64,000 nt of DNA. It comes from Verrucomicrobiia bacterium (GTDB taxonomy: Bacteria; Verrucomicrobiota; Verrucomicrobiia; Limisphaerales; UBA1319). Shown piece by piece: positions 17,798 through 29,304 of this stretch. The translations under genes were made by a program, and so were the position numbers. The DNA is taken from contig OY760937.1 in the NCBI GenBank assembly GCA_963664225.1, positions 448,001 through 512,000 on the forward strand, read 5' to 3'. Each line of letters opens with the position of its first letter. Within the stretch, counting starts at the first letter, position 1. The notes below the pieces were generated by a model. The model did not search any database, had not been told where the DNA came from, and saw nothing but the letters and a program-made list of their open reading frames with translations.

Positions 17798-18835
17798 ATG
17801 GCATCCACATCACCAGGCGCAGGGAGTTCTGATTCTTCGGACACGTCGCGTTCTGATAAAGGCTCGCAGTTGGACAATAGAGATCATCACGAGGCCGCCA
17901 GGGATTCACGCATGCTGATTACCGTGGCCATTTGCACCTATCGCCGACCTGACCGCGTGGATTGCGCTCTGGCCAGCCTGTGTCGCCAGACCCCGCGCCT
18001 TCCGGATTGGGAAATCCTGGTGGTGGAGAACGATACAGAGCCTGGTACCGCGATGGCGGCGGTGTGCCAAAAATACATGTCGCAACTCCCCCTGCGGCAC
18101 GTTGTCGAGACCACCATTGGCGTCGCTCATGCGCGCAACACCTCCGTGCGCGAGGCTCGTGGCGAGTATGTGGCGTGTCTGGATGATGACGCGGAGGCCG
18201 ACCCGGGCTGGCTGGCGCTGCTGGCAGATTGCTGCAGGGAGTATGAACCTGATTTTTGTGGAGGTCCGAGCTATCCGCTGTATCGCGTCCCAAAACCCTC
18301 CTGGTTTCTGGACGCCTACGGCACGGCCAATTTCTATGGCGATCAGCCCCGATGGCTGGTGCAGGGTGAATGGATGGCCAGCATGAATCTGGTTCTGAAG
18401 CGCTCTCTCTGCGGGCAGATTGGAGAATTCAATACAGAATTGGGCATGATCGGGAGCAAGACCGCGTATGGCGAGGAAACGGAGTTGATGATGCGCGCCT
18501 GGGCCGCAAATCCACAGCTCAAGGTCCGGTATCTGCCTCAAGCCAGCGTGCTGCACGAGGTGCGCCCGGAAAAAATGACCATCCGCTGGAAGTTGAACTC
18601 AGCATGGGCTGGTGGCAAATCCGCAGTCACTGTTTATCCAATCACCCGCACAAGGGCCACACTCGGACTCCTGGCCAGCGCCTTGAGATTGGTCATCGCA
18701 ATCGCCAGGGCGGCGCCCTGTTTTCGGCGGGACGAATCCCAACGCTTGCGCTGGCAGCAATGGTTGTTTGAGAGCTTCCGCGTCTGGCTTTGGAACTTTT
18801 CACGCAGTCTGCATGCGATTTTCGGAAGGCGATGA
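17798..18835 (+). CDS. Glycosyltransferase family 2
   Basis: TVAICTYRR, ARN, YVACLDDD, YGEET; start may be later (MLITV). Confidence 0.88.
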   Translation: MASTSPGAGSSDSSDTSRSDKGSQLDNRDHHEAARDSRMLITVAICTYRRPDRVDCALASLCRQTPRLPDWEILVVENDTEPGTAMAAVCQKYMSQLPLRHVVETTIGVAHARNTSVREARGEYVACLDDDAEADPGWLALLADCCREYEPDFCGGPSYPLYRVPKPSWFLDAYGTANFYGDQPRWLVQGEWMASMNLVLKRSLCGQIGEFNTELGMIGSKTAYGEETELMMRAWAANPQLKVRYLPQASVLHEVRPEKMTIRWKLNSAWAGGKSAVTVYPITRTRATLGLLASALRLVIAIARAAPCFRRDESQRLRWQQWLFESFRVWLWNFSRSLHAIFGRR

Positions 18836-18915
18836 CTGTGCCAGACATCACCGATGGATCAGAACTCGCGCGATATTCTACGATAGCAAGCGGATGAAGA
18901 CGGCGAAGTGCTTTT

Positions 18916-20568
18916 TTATAGCCGCGCGGTGTCTGGTGTGACAGGAGCTGGATTGTCGAGCCTCGTCTGCAATGGCTTTGTCGTTGGCGGCAGGTTCTCG
19001 GAAATGAAGCCCGCCACGTCAAAAAAATGCCGTTCCACCTCTGGGAGTCGCTCTGCCGGCCAGTTCCACCACGCAATCTCCATGAGTTTGCGGATGATTT
19101 CTTCAGAAAAACGGTAACGCTCGATCCGCATTGGGCATCCGGCGACGATCGCGTAGGGCGGGACATTTTCTGACACCACACAACCGGCGCCTATGACCGC
19201 TCCGTCGCCCACAGTGACGCCGTCCAGGATGGTGACATTCATGCCAATGAAGACGTCGTTGCCAATGGTTACCGGTTTCCGCTCCTGCACTTTGTTCAGG
19301 CGGCTGAGGGAAAAACCATTTTGCCTGAGCGTGGAATAGAACATGGGGGAGGTGGAAACACCATCGACAGGTGCCAATCCCGAACCGCAGCAAAAATCCG
19401 GGCCTATGGAGCAGAACTTCCCAATCCGCGCCTGAGAGACCCATGAATTTCTGGCCAGACAGGAGTAATCCCCGATCATTGATTCACTGATGTGATGGGG
19501 CGGATACACTTTGGCTGTGGCTGCCACAGTTGTGCCACGAAGGCTGTTTGGGATGACGCCGAATTCCGGGCGCGTTTGATCAAGGATGTTCAGCTCGGGA
19601 TGGAAGTAACTCAATACCCGACGTGCGGACGAACGAAACGGACGGAATAAAAATTCCAACTTCCGCCGTACAACTCCCATGAACCAGGCTGCATTCATAA
19701 CTCTGAGTCCTCGGCAGCCTTTCCTCCAAATAAGGTCGATCTCCTTGCGCAGTCTCAGGTCTTCCTGCACCGGCTGCTTCCTGACCTCCAGATATTCAAC
19801 CGTTTCCCCATTGTAGAAAGGAGCAGGCGAATGCACGCCCGTGCCGTCGTGTCCGATGTTGGTCAGCAGCGACTTGCTGGGAAAGAGAGAGTAGCCGCCG
19901 GCAGTGAGCCAGGAGGCATACCAACGAACGGCCCAAGTGTAGATCCTGCCCTCTTTGTTATTGATCAGTTGCTGGTAAAAGGTGGCGCCACCGTCGATGT
20001 CGAATTGACGCGGCGCTATGCCCTGATCCCCGAGCCGCTGAATCAGCACATCAACATTGTGATCATAATGGTCCCAGGCTCTCTTCCAAGTCCCCCAACC
20101 ATTGCAGGAAAGCACGCGCAGAAACGCGGTTGAACTTTGTGTTGTATTGGGTGTTCCGAAAATCATGGCGCTGACATGCATCACCTTGGGATCGTCGGCA
20201 TAGATTTCAAGGGCCTCGTTCATGAACCGGAGGAAACCCTTTCGCGTGACAATATCGTCTTCAAGCACGATCACCCGTCCGTGCCGATTCACGACATCGG
20301 TAACCCCCGAAACTATGGAGTCGGCCAGCCCTTTGTTAAATTCCGACTCGATAACGATGACCTCTTTGCACCATCGCCGGCTGCGGATGACCTCGCGCAA
20401 CTGGGCGATCTTTCGAAGATTCTCCGCCGAGGCGTTGCACTTTGGCCCGTCGGCATAAATGTAGAGTGTGGACTGGTCAGCCAGGTCGTTGGAAGCCAGG
20501 GCCTCCAAAGTCCGCCGGGCGTGGTCCGGGCGGTTATACACAAATACTATTATTGGAGCGAAGTTCAT
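18916..20568 (-). CDS. Fusion of a GT2-like glycosyltransferase and a CatB-like O-acetyltransferase
   Basis: N-half APIIVFVYNRP, IVLEDD, WGTW, NIGHDGTG; C-half IGKFCSIG, IGNDVFIG, VPPYAIVAG, WWNW in one open frame. Confidence 0.82.
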   Translation of the reverse strand: MNFAPIIVFVYNRPDHARRTLEALASNDLADQSTLYIYADGPKCNASAENLRKIAQLREVIRSRRWCKEVIVIESEFNKGLADSIVSGVTDVVNRHGRVIVLEDDIVTRKGFLRFMNEALEIYADDPKVMHVSAMIFGTPNTTQSSTAFLRVLSCNGWGTWKRAWDHYDHNVDVLIQRLGDQGIAPRQFDIDGGATFYQQLINNKEGRIYTWAVRWYASWLTAGGYSLFPSKSLLTNIGHDGTGVHSPAPFYNGETVEYLEVRKQPVQEDLRLRKEIDLIWRKGCRGLRVMNAAWFMGVVRRKLEFLFRPFRSSARRVLSYFHPELNILDQTRPEFGVIPNSLRGTTVAATAKVYPPHHISESMIGDYSCLARNSWVSQARIGKFCSIGPDFCCGSGLAPVDGVSTSPMFYSTLRQNGFSLSRLNKVQERKPVTIGNDVFIGMNVTILDGVTVGDGAVIGAGCVVSENVPPYAIVAGCPMRIERYRFSEEIIRKLMEIAWWNWPAERLPEVERHFFDVAGFISENLPPTTKPLQTRLDNPAPVTPDTARL

Positions 20569-20952
20569 TGAGAACCTGTTTTAAACTCAACTCTGCACTT
20601 TGCGACAATGATGATTTGTGCCTCGTGCGCGGCACCAGGGTCGCCGAAGCCCTGACAGGCCTGGCCATGCCCTGTCCGATACTCTGTCGCCGGGTCAAAC
20701 ATTAGTTTTTAAAACGGGCACTAATCATAACACTGGATGAGTATTATTCATTCCATTCATCGGGGGCAAGGCGCGAATCCATGTCAGGACGAAGTTCCGA
20801 TACGCGAAAAGGACCTGCTTTTGTCCACCTTTCCACAACGCATTAAAACACGCTCCCGGAAAAAGGCGTTTTTTTGCCTCCCCGGGCCATCGGCGGAGAA
20901 AGGGATTGGATAAATTCTTCAAAGCGGGTATTTCCTTCGTCTGTCTGAACGA

Positions 20953-21414
20953 ATGAATACATCCGAAGTCACTGACAATCTGGAATCCGCGCTGGTGCGC
21001 ATTGGCCCGTCGGGCATTGAAGGCACCGGCGGATTTGCCCATGCGCCGATTTCCAAGGGAACGCGCGTCATCGAGTATAAAGGGGAAAGAATTTCCAAGG
21101 CCGAGTCGTTGGTGCGCTGCGAGGCCAGTAATCCTTACATCTTCAATCTGGACGGCGAGACCGATCTGGATGGAAACGTGGAATGGAATCCGGCGCGTTT
21201 TCTTAACCATAGTTGCGATCCCAATTGCGATGCGGAGTTGATCGAGGATCACATCTGGATCGTGGCCAAACGGGACATTGCGGAAGGCGAGGAAATCACA
21301 TTCGACTACGGCTATGACTGGGAGGATTACAAGGATCATCCCTGCGATTGCGGCGCAGCCAATTGCTTCGGATTCATCGTGTCCGCTGACTTGAGAATAC
21401 CGAAGAAACTGTAA
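20953..21414 (+). CDS. SET-domain protein-lysine methyltransferase with post-SET zinc motif
   Basis: [32 protein letters not shown]. Confidence 0.93.
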   Translation: MNTSEVTDNLESALVRIGPSGIEGTGGFAHAPISKGTRVIEYKGERISKAESLVRCEASNPYIFNLDGETDLDGNVEWNPARFLNHSCDPNCDAELIEDHIWIVAKRDIAEGEEITFDYGYDWEDYKDHPCDCGAANCFGFIVSADLRIPKKL

Positions 21415-23972
21415 TGGACCATCCCCTGTATCGTTTATTGCCCAAGGGCGACCGCGTCACCAACGACGATTTGCTGGACCGTTTTCTGGAATTTGTGCGC
21501 GAGCGCGGCCTGGAGCTTTACCCCGCGCAGGAGGAGGCCATACTGGCCTTGTTCGACGAGCAGAACGTCATTCTAGGCACGCCCACCGGTTCCGGCAAAT
21601 CGCTCGTGGCCACAGCCCTGCATTTCAAGGCGCTGGCCCAGGGGCGGCGCTCGGTTTACACCTGTCCAATCAAGGCGCTGGTGAACGAGAAGTTTCTGGC
21701 ATTGTGCCGCGATTTCGGTCCGGACCAGGTGGGGATGAGCACCGGGGATGCGACGGTGAATCGCGACGCGCCGATCCTGTGCTGCACGGCGGAAATTCTC
21801 GCAAACATCGCAATGCGCGAGGGACCGCGCGCGGATGTGCGCGAAGTGATCATGGATGAATTTCATTATTACGCGGATCGCGAACGCGGTGTGGCCTGGC
21901 AGGTGCCGTTGCTCACCCTGCCGCAGGCCCGGTTTTTATTGATGTCCGCGACCCTTGGCGACACCACATTTTTCGAGAAGGAACTCACGCGCTTGAATCG
22001 TCGGCCCACGGTGTCCGTGCAGTCGGAAACGCGCCCGGTGCCGCTCGCGTATCAGTATTCGGAAACGCCCCTGGACAAGACCCTGGAGGAGCTGGTTCAG
22101 GAGAACAAGGCGCCGGTTTATATCGTTCATTTCACCCAGATCGATAGTGCCGAGTCGGCGCAGAATCTCCTGAGTCTGAACTTTTGCACGCGGGAGGAGA
22201 AGGCGGCCATCGCTTCCGAATTGGAGGGAATCAAGTTCAGCAGTCCATACGGGCCGGAAATACGCAAATTTCTCAAGCACGGCGTGGGACTGCATCACGC
22301 GGGCCTTCTGCCCAAGTACCGCGTGCTGGTGGAACAACTGGCGCGCAAGGGTCTGTTGAAGGTGATTTGTGGCACGGACACGCTGGGCGTGGGCATTAAC
22401 GTCCCATTGCGCACCGTTCTTTTTACGCGTCTCTGCAAATTCGATGGTCAGAAAACGGGCATTCTCACCGCGCGCGATTTTCACCAGATCAGCGGTCGCG
22501 CCGGGCGCAAGGGTTTCGATGACAAGGGCTGGGTGGTCGTTCAGGCCCCCGAGCATGTGATTGAGAATCTTCAGATGGAGCAGAAATGCGCGGGCGACGC
22601 GAAAAAACTGCGAAAGTTCGTCAAGCGCAAGCCGCCGGAAAAGGGGTTCATCGTTTGGAACAAGGACACGTTCAAGAAATTGGTGACCTCCAAACCCGAG
22701 CAACTGGTTTCCCGATTTCAAGTAACCCACGGCATGTTGTTGAACGTGCTCAGCAGGGAAGGGGATGGCTGCCGCGCGTTGCGTGAGCTGATCCAGGATT
22801 GCCATGATTCCCCAAACGCGAAAAGGGCCCATGGCAAGCGGGCCTGGCAACTGTTCCGCTCGTTGCTGGATCGGAAGATCATCGAGTTCGCGCCGCCGTC
22901 GGACACCGGATCGTACTTGCGCGTGAATGTGGCCTTGCAGGACGATTTTTCGCTGGATCAAACGCTTTCGTTGTATGCGCTGGACACCCTGCAATTGATC
23001 GATCCGGCAACGCCGGACTATGCGCTGGACCTGTTGACCGTGGTGGAATCGATCCAGGAAAATCCGGACATCATTTTGCGCAGGCAGCTTGACCGGGTGA
23101 AGGACGAGAAGATGGCCGAAATGAAGGCGCAGGGCCTGGAATACGACAAGCGCATGGCGGAACTGGAGCTGCTCGAGTATCCCAAGCCGCTGCGCGAATT
23201 CATCTACAGCACCTTCAACGCGTTTTCAGACAAGCATCCCTGGGTGGGGCAGGAGAACATCCGTCCCAAATCCATTGCGCGGGAGATGTTCGAGAACTTC
23301 ATGTCGTTCGCCGATTACATCCGGTCGTATGAATTGCAGCGGGCCGAGGGCGTGCTGTTGCGCTATCTGACATCGGTTTACAAAACGCTCTCCCAAAATG
23401 TTCCCGACTCCGTGAAGAACGACACGGTGCTCGAAATGGAGACTTACTTTGGCACCATGATCCGGGCCGTGGATTCCAGCCTGCTGGACGAGTGGGAGAA
23501 AATGCGCAATCCCAATTATGTGGCGCGTGAAGGCTCGACGGAATTGAAGCCCGGCGGCGATGACGCGGAGGACATCACGCGCAATCGCAAGGCATTTGGG
23601 GCGCTGGTGCGCACGGAGATCTTTCGAGTGTTGCGGGCGCTGGCCAATGACGATTACGAGGTGGCCATCGAACTCCTGAATGTGCCCAATGACGCAACCG
23701 GTACGCCCTGGTCACCGGAGTCGTTTGAAGGGCGGATGAAGGCCTACCACGAACAGCATCAGCACATTTTGCTCAATCCAGAGGCGCGCAACATCCGGCA
23801 CACTTACATCAAACCGTCGGACGACCATTCGAGCTGGCAGGTGCAGCAAATCCTCGTGGATCCGGAGGCCCACAACGACTGGATCCTGGATTTTAACGTG
23901 GACCTGGCACGATCCCGGGAATTGAAAAAGCCCCTGCTTCAGCTCAATCGCATTGGGCCGGTTGGCGGCTGA
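21414..23972 (+). CDS. Ski2/HelY-like DExH helicase with DUF3516-type C-terminus
   Basis: [48 protein letters not shown] overlap with the SET gene. Confidence 0.88.
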   Translation: MDHPLYRLLPKGDRVTNDDLLDRFLEFVRERGLELYPAQEEAILALFDEQNVILGTPTGSGKSLVATALHFKALAQGRRSVYTCPIKALVNEKFLALCRDFGPDQVGMSTGDATVNRDAPILCCTAEILANIAMREGPRADVREVIMDEFHYYADRERGVAWQVPLLTLPQARFLLMSATLGDTTFFEKELTRLNRRPTVSVQSETRPVPLAYQYSETPLDKTLEELVQENKAPVYIVHFTQIDSAESAQNLLSLNFCTREEKAAIASELEGIKFSSPYGPEIRKFLKHGVGLHHAGLLPKYRVLVEQLARKGLLKVICGTDTLGVGINVPLRTVLFTRLCKFDGQKTGILTARDFHQISGRAGRKGFDDKGWVVVQAPEHVIENLQMEQKCAGDAKKLRKFVKRKPPEKGFIVWNKDTFKKLVTSKPEQLVSRFQVTHGMLLNVLSREGDGCRALRELIQDCHDSPNAKRAHGKRAWQLFRSLLDRKIIEFAPPSDTGSYLRVNVALQDDFSLDQTLSLYALDTLQLIDPATPDYALDLLTVVESIQENPDIILRRQLDRVKDEKMAEMKAQGLEYDKRMAELELLEYPKPLREFIYSTFNAFSDKHPWVGQENIRPKSIAREMFENFMSFADYIRSYELQRAEGVLLRYLTSVYKTLSQNVPDSVKNDTVLEMETYFGTMIRAVDSSLLDEWEKMRNPNYVAREGSTELKPGGDDAEDITRNRKAFGALVRTEIFRVLRALANDDYEVAIELLNVPNDATGTPWSPESFEGRMKAYHEQHQHILLNPEARNIRHTYIKPSDDHSSWQVQQILVDPEAHNDWILDFNVDLARSRELKKPLLQLNRIGPVGG

Positions 23973-23995
23973 TCCGCGCTGGCGCGCCCACTGGA

Positions 23996-24367
<372 letters not shown>

Positions 24368-25801
24368 TTAATCATTGTAAGCCTTTTCGCCATGTTGCGA
24401 GAGGTCGAGGCCGAGGCTTTCCTCATCCTCATTCACGCGCAAGCCGACCAATGCATCCACAATTTTCAAAATGATCAGCGTGGCGACGGCTGACAGCGCT
24501 ATGGTAAACAATACGCCCTTGAGCTGATTTGCAAACTGGCTCATCCCGCCCGCCAGCGCCACAACCTGGTTGTTCACCTTGAAGGACGTGTCCAGGGCGG
24601 CATTGACATGGCCGCTGGCCAGGAAGCCCAGGAGGAGCATTCCCGTGATGCTTCCCACGCCATGCACACCGAACACATCGAGCGAGTCGTCATAGCCGAA
24701 GGTCGATTTCAATTTGGTGACCGCCGTGTAGCAGACCGCACCGGCCACCAGTCCGATGCAAAAAGCTTCCGGGATTCCCACAAACCCCGAGGCCGGGGTG
24801 ATCGTGGCCAGTCCCGCCACCATGCCGGAAGCGGCGCCCAGCACGCTGGGGCGTCCCTTGGTGATCCATTCCACTCCCGCCCAGCTCAACGCGGCCGCCG
24901 CAGCCGAAAAATGCGTGGCGGCAAAGGCGCTGCTCGCCAAGGCTCCGGCGCTCACGGCGCTTCCCGCATTGAATCCAAACCAGCCCACCCACAACAACCC
25001 CACGCCAATCAGGCTCAAGACCACGTTGTGCGGCGGCATCGGTTCGCCGGGGTAGCCCATGCGTTTTCCCAGGACCATGGCGCAAACCAGGGCGGCCACA
25101 CCCGAGCTGATATGCACCACCGTGCCTCCCGCAAAATCCAGCACCGGGATCGACCCGCCCAACGCCCAGTTGAACATCCCGCCCTTGCCCCAGACCATGT
25201 GCGCCAGCGGAAAATAAACCACCGTGGTCCACAACACCATGAACAGGACGTAGGCGCTGAATTTCATGCGCTCGGCAATCGCGCCGCTGATGAGTGCAGG
25301 GGTGATGATGGCGAACATCATTTGAAAAAGCATGAACGTCTGGTGGGGGACCGTGGCCGCGTAATCCGCATTCGGAGCGGCGCCCACGCCCTTGAGCATG
25401 AAGTATTGGAGGGGATTTCCGAAGAACGCGTTTCCTTCTCCAAAAGCCATGCTGTAGCCATAAACCATCCAGATTGCCGACATGATCGCCATCAGGACCA
25501 GGCTGTGCATCATGGTCGCCAGAACGTTTTTACTCCGCACCAACCCGCCGTAGAACAGGATCAAACCCGGCGCGGTCATCATCAGCACCAGGGCGGCGCT
25601 GGCCAGCATCCAGGCATTATCCCCGGAACTGATCGCCGATGCCGCGGGCATTGCCTTGAGGCTTTGCTCGATTTGCGCCACGCGCTGTTCGAGTGTGGGT
25701 GCCGCGTCTGCCGCGTTCAAACGGGCGGCGCAAAAGGCAAATGTCAGTCCTGCCAGAATCCACGTCGCAAACCATGAATTCAACTTGGTCGGTATGTTCA
25801 T
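24368..25801 (-). CDS. amtB: Ammonium transporter
   Basis: FYGGLVRSKN, FQMMFAIIT, DFAGGTVVH, WFGFNAGS, DDSLDVFGVHG, HGEKAY. Confidence 0.96.
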   Translation of the reverse strand: MNIPTKLNSWFATWILAGLTFAFCAARLNAADAAPTLEQRVAQIEQSLKAMPAASAISSGDNAWMLASAALVLMMTAPGLILFYGGLVRSKNVLATMMHSLVLMAIMSAIWMVYGYSMAFGEGNAFFGNPLQYFMLKGVGAAPNADYAATVPHQTFMLFQMMFAIITPALISGAIAERMKFSAYVLFMVLWTTVVYFPLAHMVWGKGGMFNWALGGSIPVLDFAGGTVVHISSGVAALVCAMVLGKRMGYPGEPMPPHNVVLSLIGVGLLWVGWFGFNAGSAVSAGALASSAFAATHFSAAAAALSWAGVEWITKGRPSVLGAASGMVAGLATITPASGFVGIPEAFCIGLVAGAVCYTAVTKLKSTFGYDDSLDVFGVHGVGSITGMLLLGFLASGHVNAALDTSFKVNNQVVALAGGMSQFANQLKGVLFTIALSAVATLIILKIVDALVGLRVNEDEESLGLDLSQHGEKAYND

Positions 25802-25928
25802 TGGCGGGTGAAATTAGGGATTCTGTCAAAATTCGCAAGTCTCCATTACGCGTTTGAATTGAAGTCTCCGAGTCCAGCGCCATCCCAAAATCTTCAGGCT
25901 CCCGAAGAAGCGCATGACGCGCTGGAAA

Positions 25929-25959
25929 TAAAAAAGCGGAATCCTTCACGGATTCCGCT
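25929..25959 (-). terminator. Rho-independent terminator
   Basis: Minus strand AGCGGAATCC-GTGAA-GGATTCCGCT followed by a T run. Confidence 0.75.
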
Positions 25960-25982
25960 CGCAAAATGCCTTTTAACACAGC

Positions 25983-26882
25983 TTACCAGGTGACCGTGCT
26001 CAAATAGCGCAGACTCTCGGGTATTTGCACCCTGGAGGACGGGGATTCGTCTTCGATGAAATAGTATTTGATCTTGGCTTTTTTGGCGGCGCTCAGAATG
26101 GCTGGAATATTCATCTGTCCCGCGCCAATGGCCACGTCGTTGCTCACATCGGTGCTGCCAGAGAGGCTGCCCGTTTGCACGCCCTTGCGCATATCCTTGA
26201 GATGCATCAATTCCCAGCGGCGGCCATATTTTTCGAGCAGCTTCACAGGGTCCTGCCCCGGGAAAACCACCCAGAAAATATCCATCTCGAAGCAGACATA
26301 GTGCGGATTGGTCTGCTCCATCATCAGGTCCAGCAGCGTTCCCTGACCCCAGGGGGCAAACTCATAGCCATGCTGGTGATAAAAGAATTTGATCCCGTGA
26401 CTGGTGAGAACCTCGCCCGCGCGGTTGAAGACCGCAATGGCCTCCTGGCATTTTTTGATATCGAATCCGCCATCATGGGGAATCCAGGCGCAACCGACAT
26501 ATTTGAGATGCAGGGCCTTGGCCTCTCGCACCACGCCGTCGATGTCATCCTTGAGCCGGTCATAGGGGAAATGGCCGGAGATGGCCGTCATGTTATGATC
26601 GCCGAGCATCCGGCGAAAACGATCCGGTTTCTCATTGTACGTCCCCGCCAACTCGACCAGATTGAAGCCAAGTTTGTTGGCCAGGGTCATTGTTCCAGGC
26701 ACATCTTTCGAAAACTCGTTCCGCAAACTGTAGAGCTGGAGACCCACCGGCCCCTCGAAATGCATGACTCTGGGGGCCTTTCCGGCCTTTGTGGCCATGA
26801 TGGCCTTTTCAGCACCCAATCCGTCGACGGCGCCGACAGCCAGCGCGCCGCAAAGAACCAATGCGTAAAGGATATGTTTCAT
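25983..26882 (-). CDS. Sugar phosphate isomerase/epimerase (xylose isomerase-like TIM barrel), exported
   Basis: GLQLYSLR, YHQHGYEF, EMDIFW, HLKD, FIEDE. Confidence 0.85.
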   Translation of the reverse strand: MKHILYALVLCGALAVGAVDGLGAEKAIMATKAGKAPRVMHFEGPVGLQLYSLRNEFSKDVPGTMTLANKLGFNLVELAGTYNEKPDRFRRMLGDHNMTAISGHFPYDRLKDDIDGVVREAKALHLKYVGCAWIPHDGGFDIKKCQEAIAVFNRAGEVLTSHGIKFFYHQHGYEFAPWGQGTLLDLMMEQTNPHYVCFEMDIFWVVFPGQDPVKLLEKYGRRWELMHLKDMRKGVQTGSLSGSTDVSNDVAIGAGQMNIPAILSAAKKAKIKYYFIEDESPSSRVQIPESLRYLSTVTW

Positions 26883-27003
26883 AAACTGACTTTAACAAAA
26901 GACATGTGAATGAAAAGCCAATGTTTTTCAGGCGTGCATCGATAAGCCGGCTCCGAGGCGGCAATGAACACCCACAAATACGGACGTCCTTACACCAGCA
27001 CGC

Positions 27004-29304
27004 CTATTTCTTGGCTTTTTTGAGCTTCTTTTCGGTTTTGTCCAGCCGCTTCTGCTCTTCGATTTTATTATCCTGTTCCGCGGCAATCACTCCCGGCAGT
27101 TTTCTCTTCTCCATTTCCGCGACCAGGGAGGCGTCCTTCGGTGTTTGCAGCACGGTCGGTCTCATGAGCACGATCAGCTCGACACGTTTTTCGGTCTTGC
27201 TGTTGCTGCGAAAAAGATTACCCAGCAATGGAATGTCTTTGAGGACGGGGACTCCGGACTTGGAGTTGCTTTTTGCGGATGTGATATAGCCGCCGAGCAT
27301 GATGGTTTTACCATCTTCGACAGACACCGTGGCCTGCTGCCGGCGACTCGTTGTGGTCGGCACATCGTTGTTATCGATCTTCACGTTGGTGCCCAATTGG
27401 CTGATGTCCTGGGAAATTTCCATCACCACCAGGCCGTCAGGCGTGACGTAGGGCGTGACGGAAAGGGTGATACCCACTTCCAACTGCTGGTATTGGGAAC
27501 GGCTGCCCGTGCTGTAATCCGAATAATAGGAGCCGGTGATGTAAGGCACGGTATCACCCACGAAAAATTCCGCAGGCACCGCGTGCGTCGTCTGAATGCG
27601 GGGCCGCGACATCACGTTGACCGTGGAGTCTGCGGCAATGGCCTGCACGGTGATATCCAGATCGTTGCCCCATTTGCCGAAATACGAGAGGCCGCCGCCG
27701 CCGCCGGTGGCGGAATTGGTGGCCAGATTTCCCAGATTATTCATGAAACCGCCGCCGTTATCCATCACCCCGGCACTGGAGAACCTCCCAGAAGTCTGGG
27801 GCCTTTGCAGCGCGCTCACACCGTATTTCAGCGAATTATCCAATGTGACTTCCATGACGATGGCTTCGATCAGAACCTGCGCGAGGGCCACATCGAGTTT
27901 GCCCACAATGTTGGTGATCGTCATCATGTCCTTCTTGGTCGCATAAACCACCAGGGAGTTGGAGCGGTCATCGGGAATGATCTTCGCATCACCCAGCATC
28001 TCGCTCTCCCCGCCCGCGGCGCGGCTGACGATTTGCTGCAACCGCTGTTGGAAGGCGCTTTGCGCCGCCCCGGCCGCAGGCTGCGCGGTTTGCCCGGGCT
28101 GCATGCCGCCCATATTACGACGGTTCAGACTGCTGTTGGCGGATCCGGCGCGGTTGCCTCGCGCGCCCGCGCCTCCCGTGGTGGTTCTGGGGCGTGTTGA
28201 CGCCACGCCGCCGCCTCCTCCGCCCCCGACCAATCCAGACATCACGTTGTAGATGTCCTCAACCTTGCCGTACTTGATGGGAAACACCTCGAGCTTGTAG
28301 TCCGAATCGCTGGCCACATCGATCTTCTTGATCACTTCCAGCATGCGTTTGACGTTGATGGCGTAGTCGCGAATGACGAGAATTTGGCTGCTATCGATCG
28401 GAACAATGCCGCCGCCACCCTGTACCTTGGCAAAGGGTGTGATGGCGGGCACCACTTCGCTGGGCATCGCATTGGTCAATTGGACAATCTGCGTGATGAA
28501 TTGCGCCGCTTCGGGCAGGTTCTTGCCCGCTTCCGTGCTGAAAGCCGATCCTTCCTGCAGGGCATTGGCGATGGGCACCGCAGTGATGAATTTCTCGCCC
28601 GTGGGAATCATCGCGATGCCGTTCAGGGAAAGCACCGTGTCGAGAGCCTGTCGCGCTTCAGTGCGGGTCAGCGGGGTTTGTAACTCCAAAGTGATTGTCG
28701 TGTTTTGTGGAATCAGTGGGTGTTTGAGGATGGTGCGTCCAACCAGCTCCGCATAGAACTTCAGCACTTGATCGACCGGGGCGAGCGGAAACCGCATGGC
28801 GACCGGCGGGACCATCGTGTCATCAGGGTCGGCTGTGCCGGGGGCGTTTTTGGTCGCAGCCTGGGCTGCGGCATCGGCAGTAGTAGTAGCAGTTGGACTC
28901 GCGGCGGGAGTTCCGAATCCGGGCGGGCCGCTTGCAACAGGAGCCGTCGGGGTTGCCGTGGCCGGAGCGCCGAATGCCGGCGGATTCGCGGGGGCCAGTG
29001 CCGGTGAACCTGGGATGGTGCCTTGCGCGGCAGTCTCCGCGGTATCCAGGGCCACTGCGGCGGGATTATTTGTAAGGGCCGTGATAATGGGCGTCGCATT
29101 GGTGGGCGCCTCCACCTGGGGCGCGGTGGAGATCACCGGCGGGTAGGTCGCAGGCGCGCCATACGAGGTGCGCGGCGGCGCCGAAGGGATCCTGCGCACC
29201 GCGGGTTTGGGCGCTGGGCCGGCTGTGTTTGTCTGTCCGTAAGCCCCTATCCCCGCATCAAGCAGGCTCAAGGCCACTAAGAGAATGGACCAATACGTTT
29301 TCAC
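27004..29304 (-). CDS. gspD: Type II secretion secretin
   Basis: Signal peptide, Pro/Ala-rich linker, N-domains, LDVALAQVLIEA, VGITLSVTP, GVPVLKDIPLLGNLF. Confidence 0.9.
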   Translation of the reverse strand: MKTYWSILLVALSLLDAGIGAYGQTNTAGPAPKPAVRRIPSAPPRTSYGAPATYPPVISTAPQVEAPTNATPIITALTNNPAAVALDTAETAAQGTIPGSPALAPANPPAFGAPATATPTAPVASGPPGFGTPAASPTATTTADAAAQAATKNAPGTADPDDTMVPPVAMRFPLAPVDQVLKFYAELVGRTILKHPLIPQNTTITLELQTPLTRTEARQALDTVLSLNGIAMIPTGEKFITAVPIANALQEGSAFSTEAGKNLPEAAQFITQIVQLTNAMPSEVVPAITPFAKVQGGGGIVPIDSSQILVIRDYAINVKRMLEVIKKIDVASDSDYKLEVFPIKYGKVEDIYNVMSGLVGGGGGGGVASTRPRTTTGGAGARGNRAGSANSSLNRRNMGGMQPGQTAQPAAGAAQSAFQQRLQQIVSRAAGGESEMLGDAKIIPDDRSNSLVVYATKKDMMTITNIVGKLDVALAQVLIEAIVMEVTLDNSLKYGVSALQRPQTSGRFSSAGVMDNGGGFMNNLGNLATNSATGGGGGLSYFGKWGNDLDITVQAIAADSTVNVMSRPRIQTTHAVPAEFFVGDTVPYITGSYYSDYSTGSRSQYQQLEVGITLSVTPYVTPDGLVVMEISQDISQLGTNVKIDNNDVPTTTSRRQQATVSVEDGKTIMLGGYITSAKSNSKSGVPVLKDIPLLGNLFRSNSKTEKRVELIVLMRPTVLQTPKDASLVAEMEKRKLPGVIAAEQDNKIEEQKRLDKTEKKLKKAKK

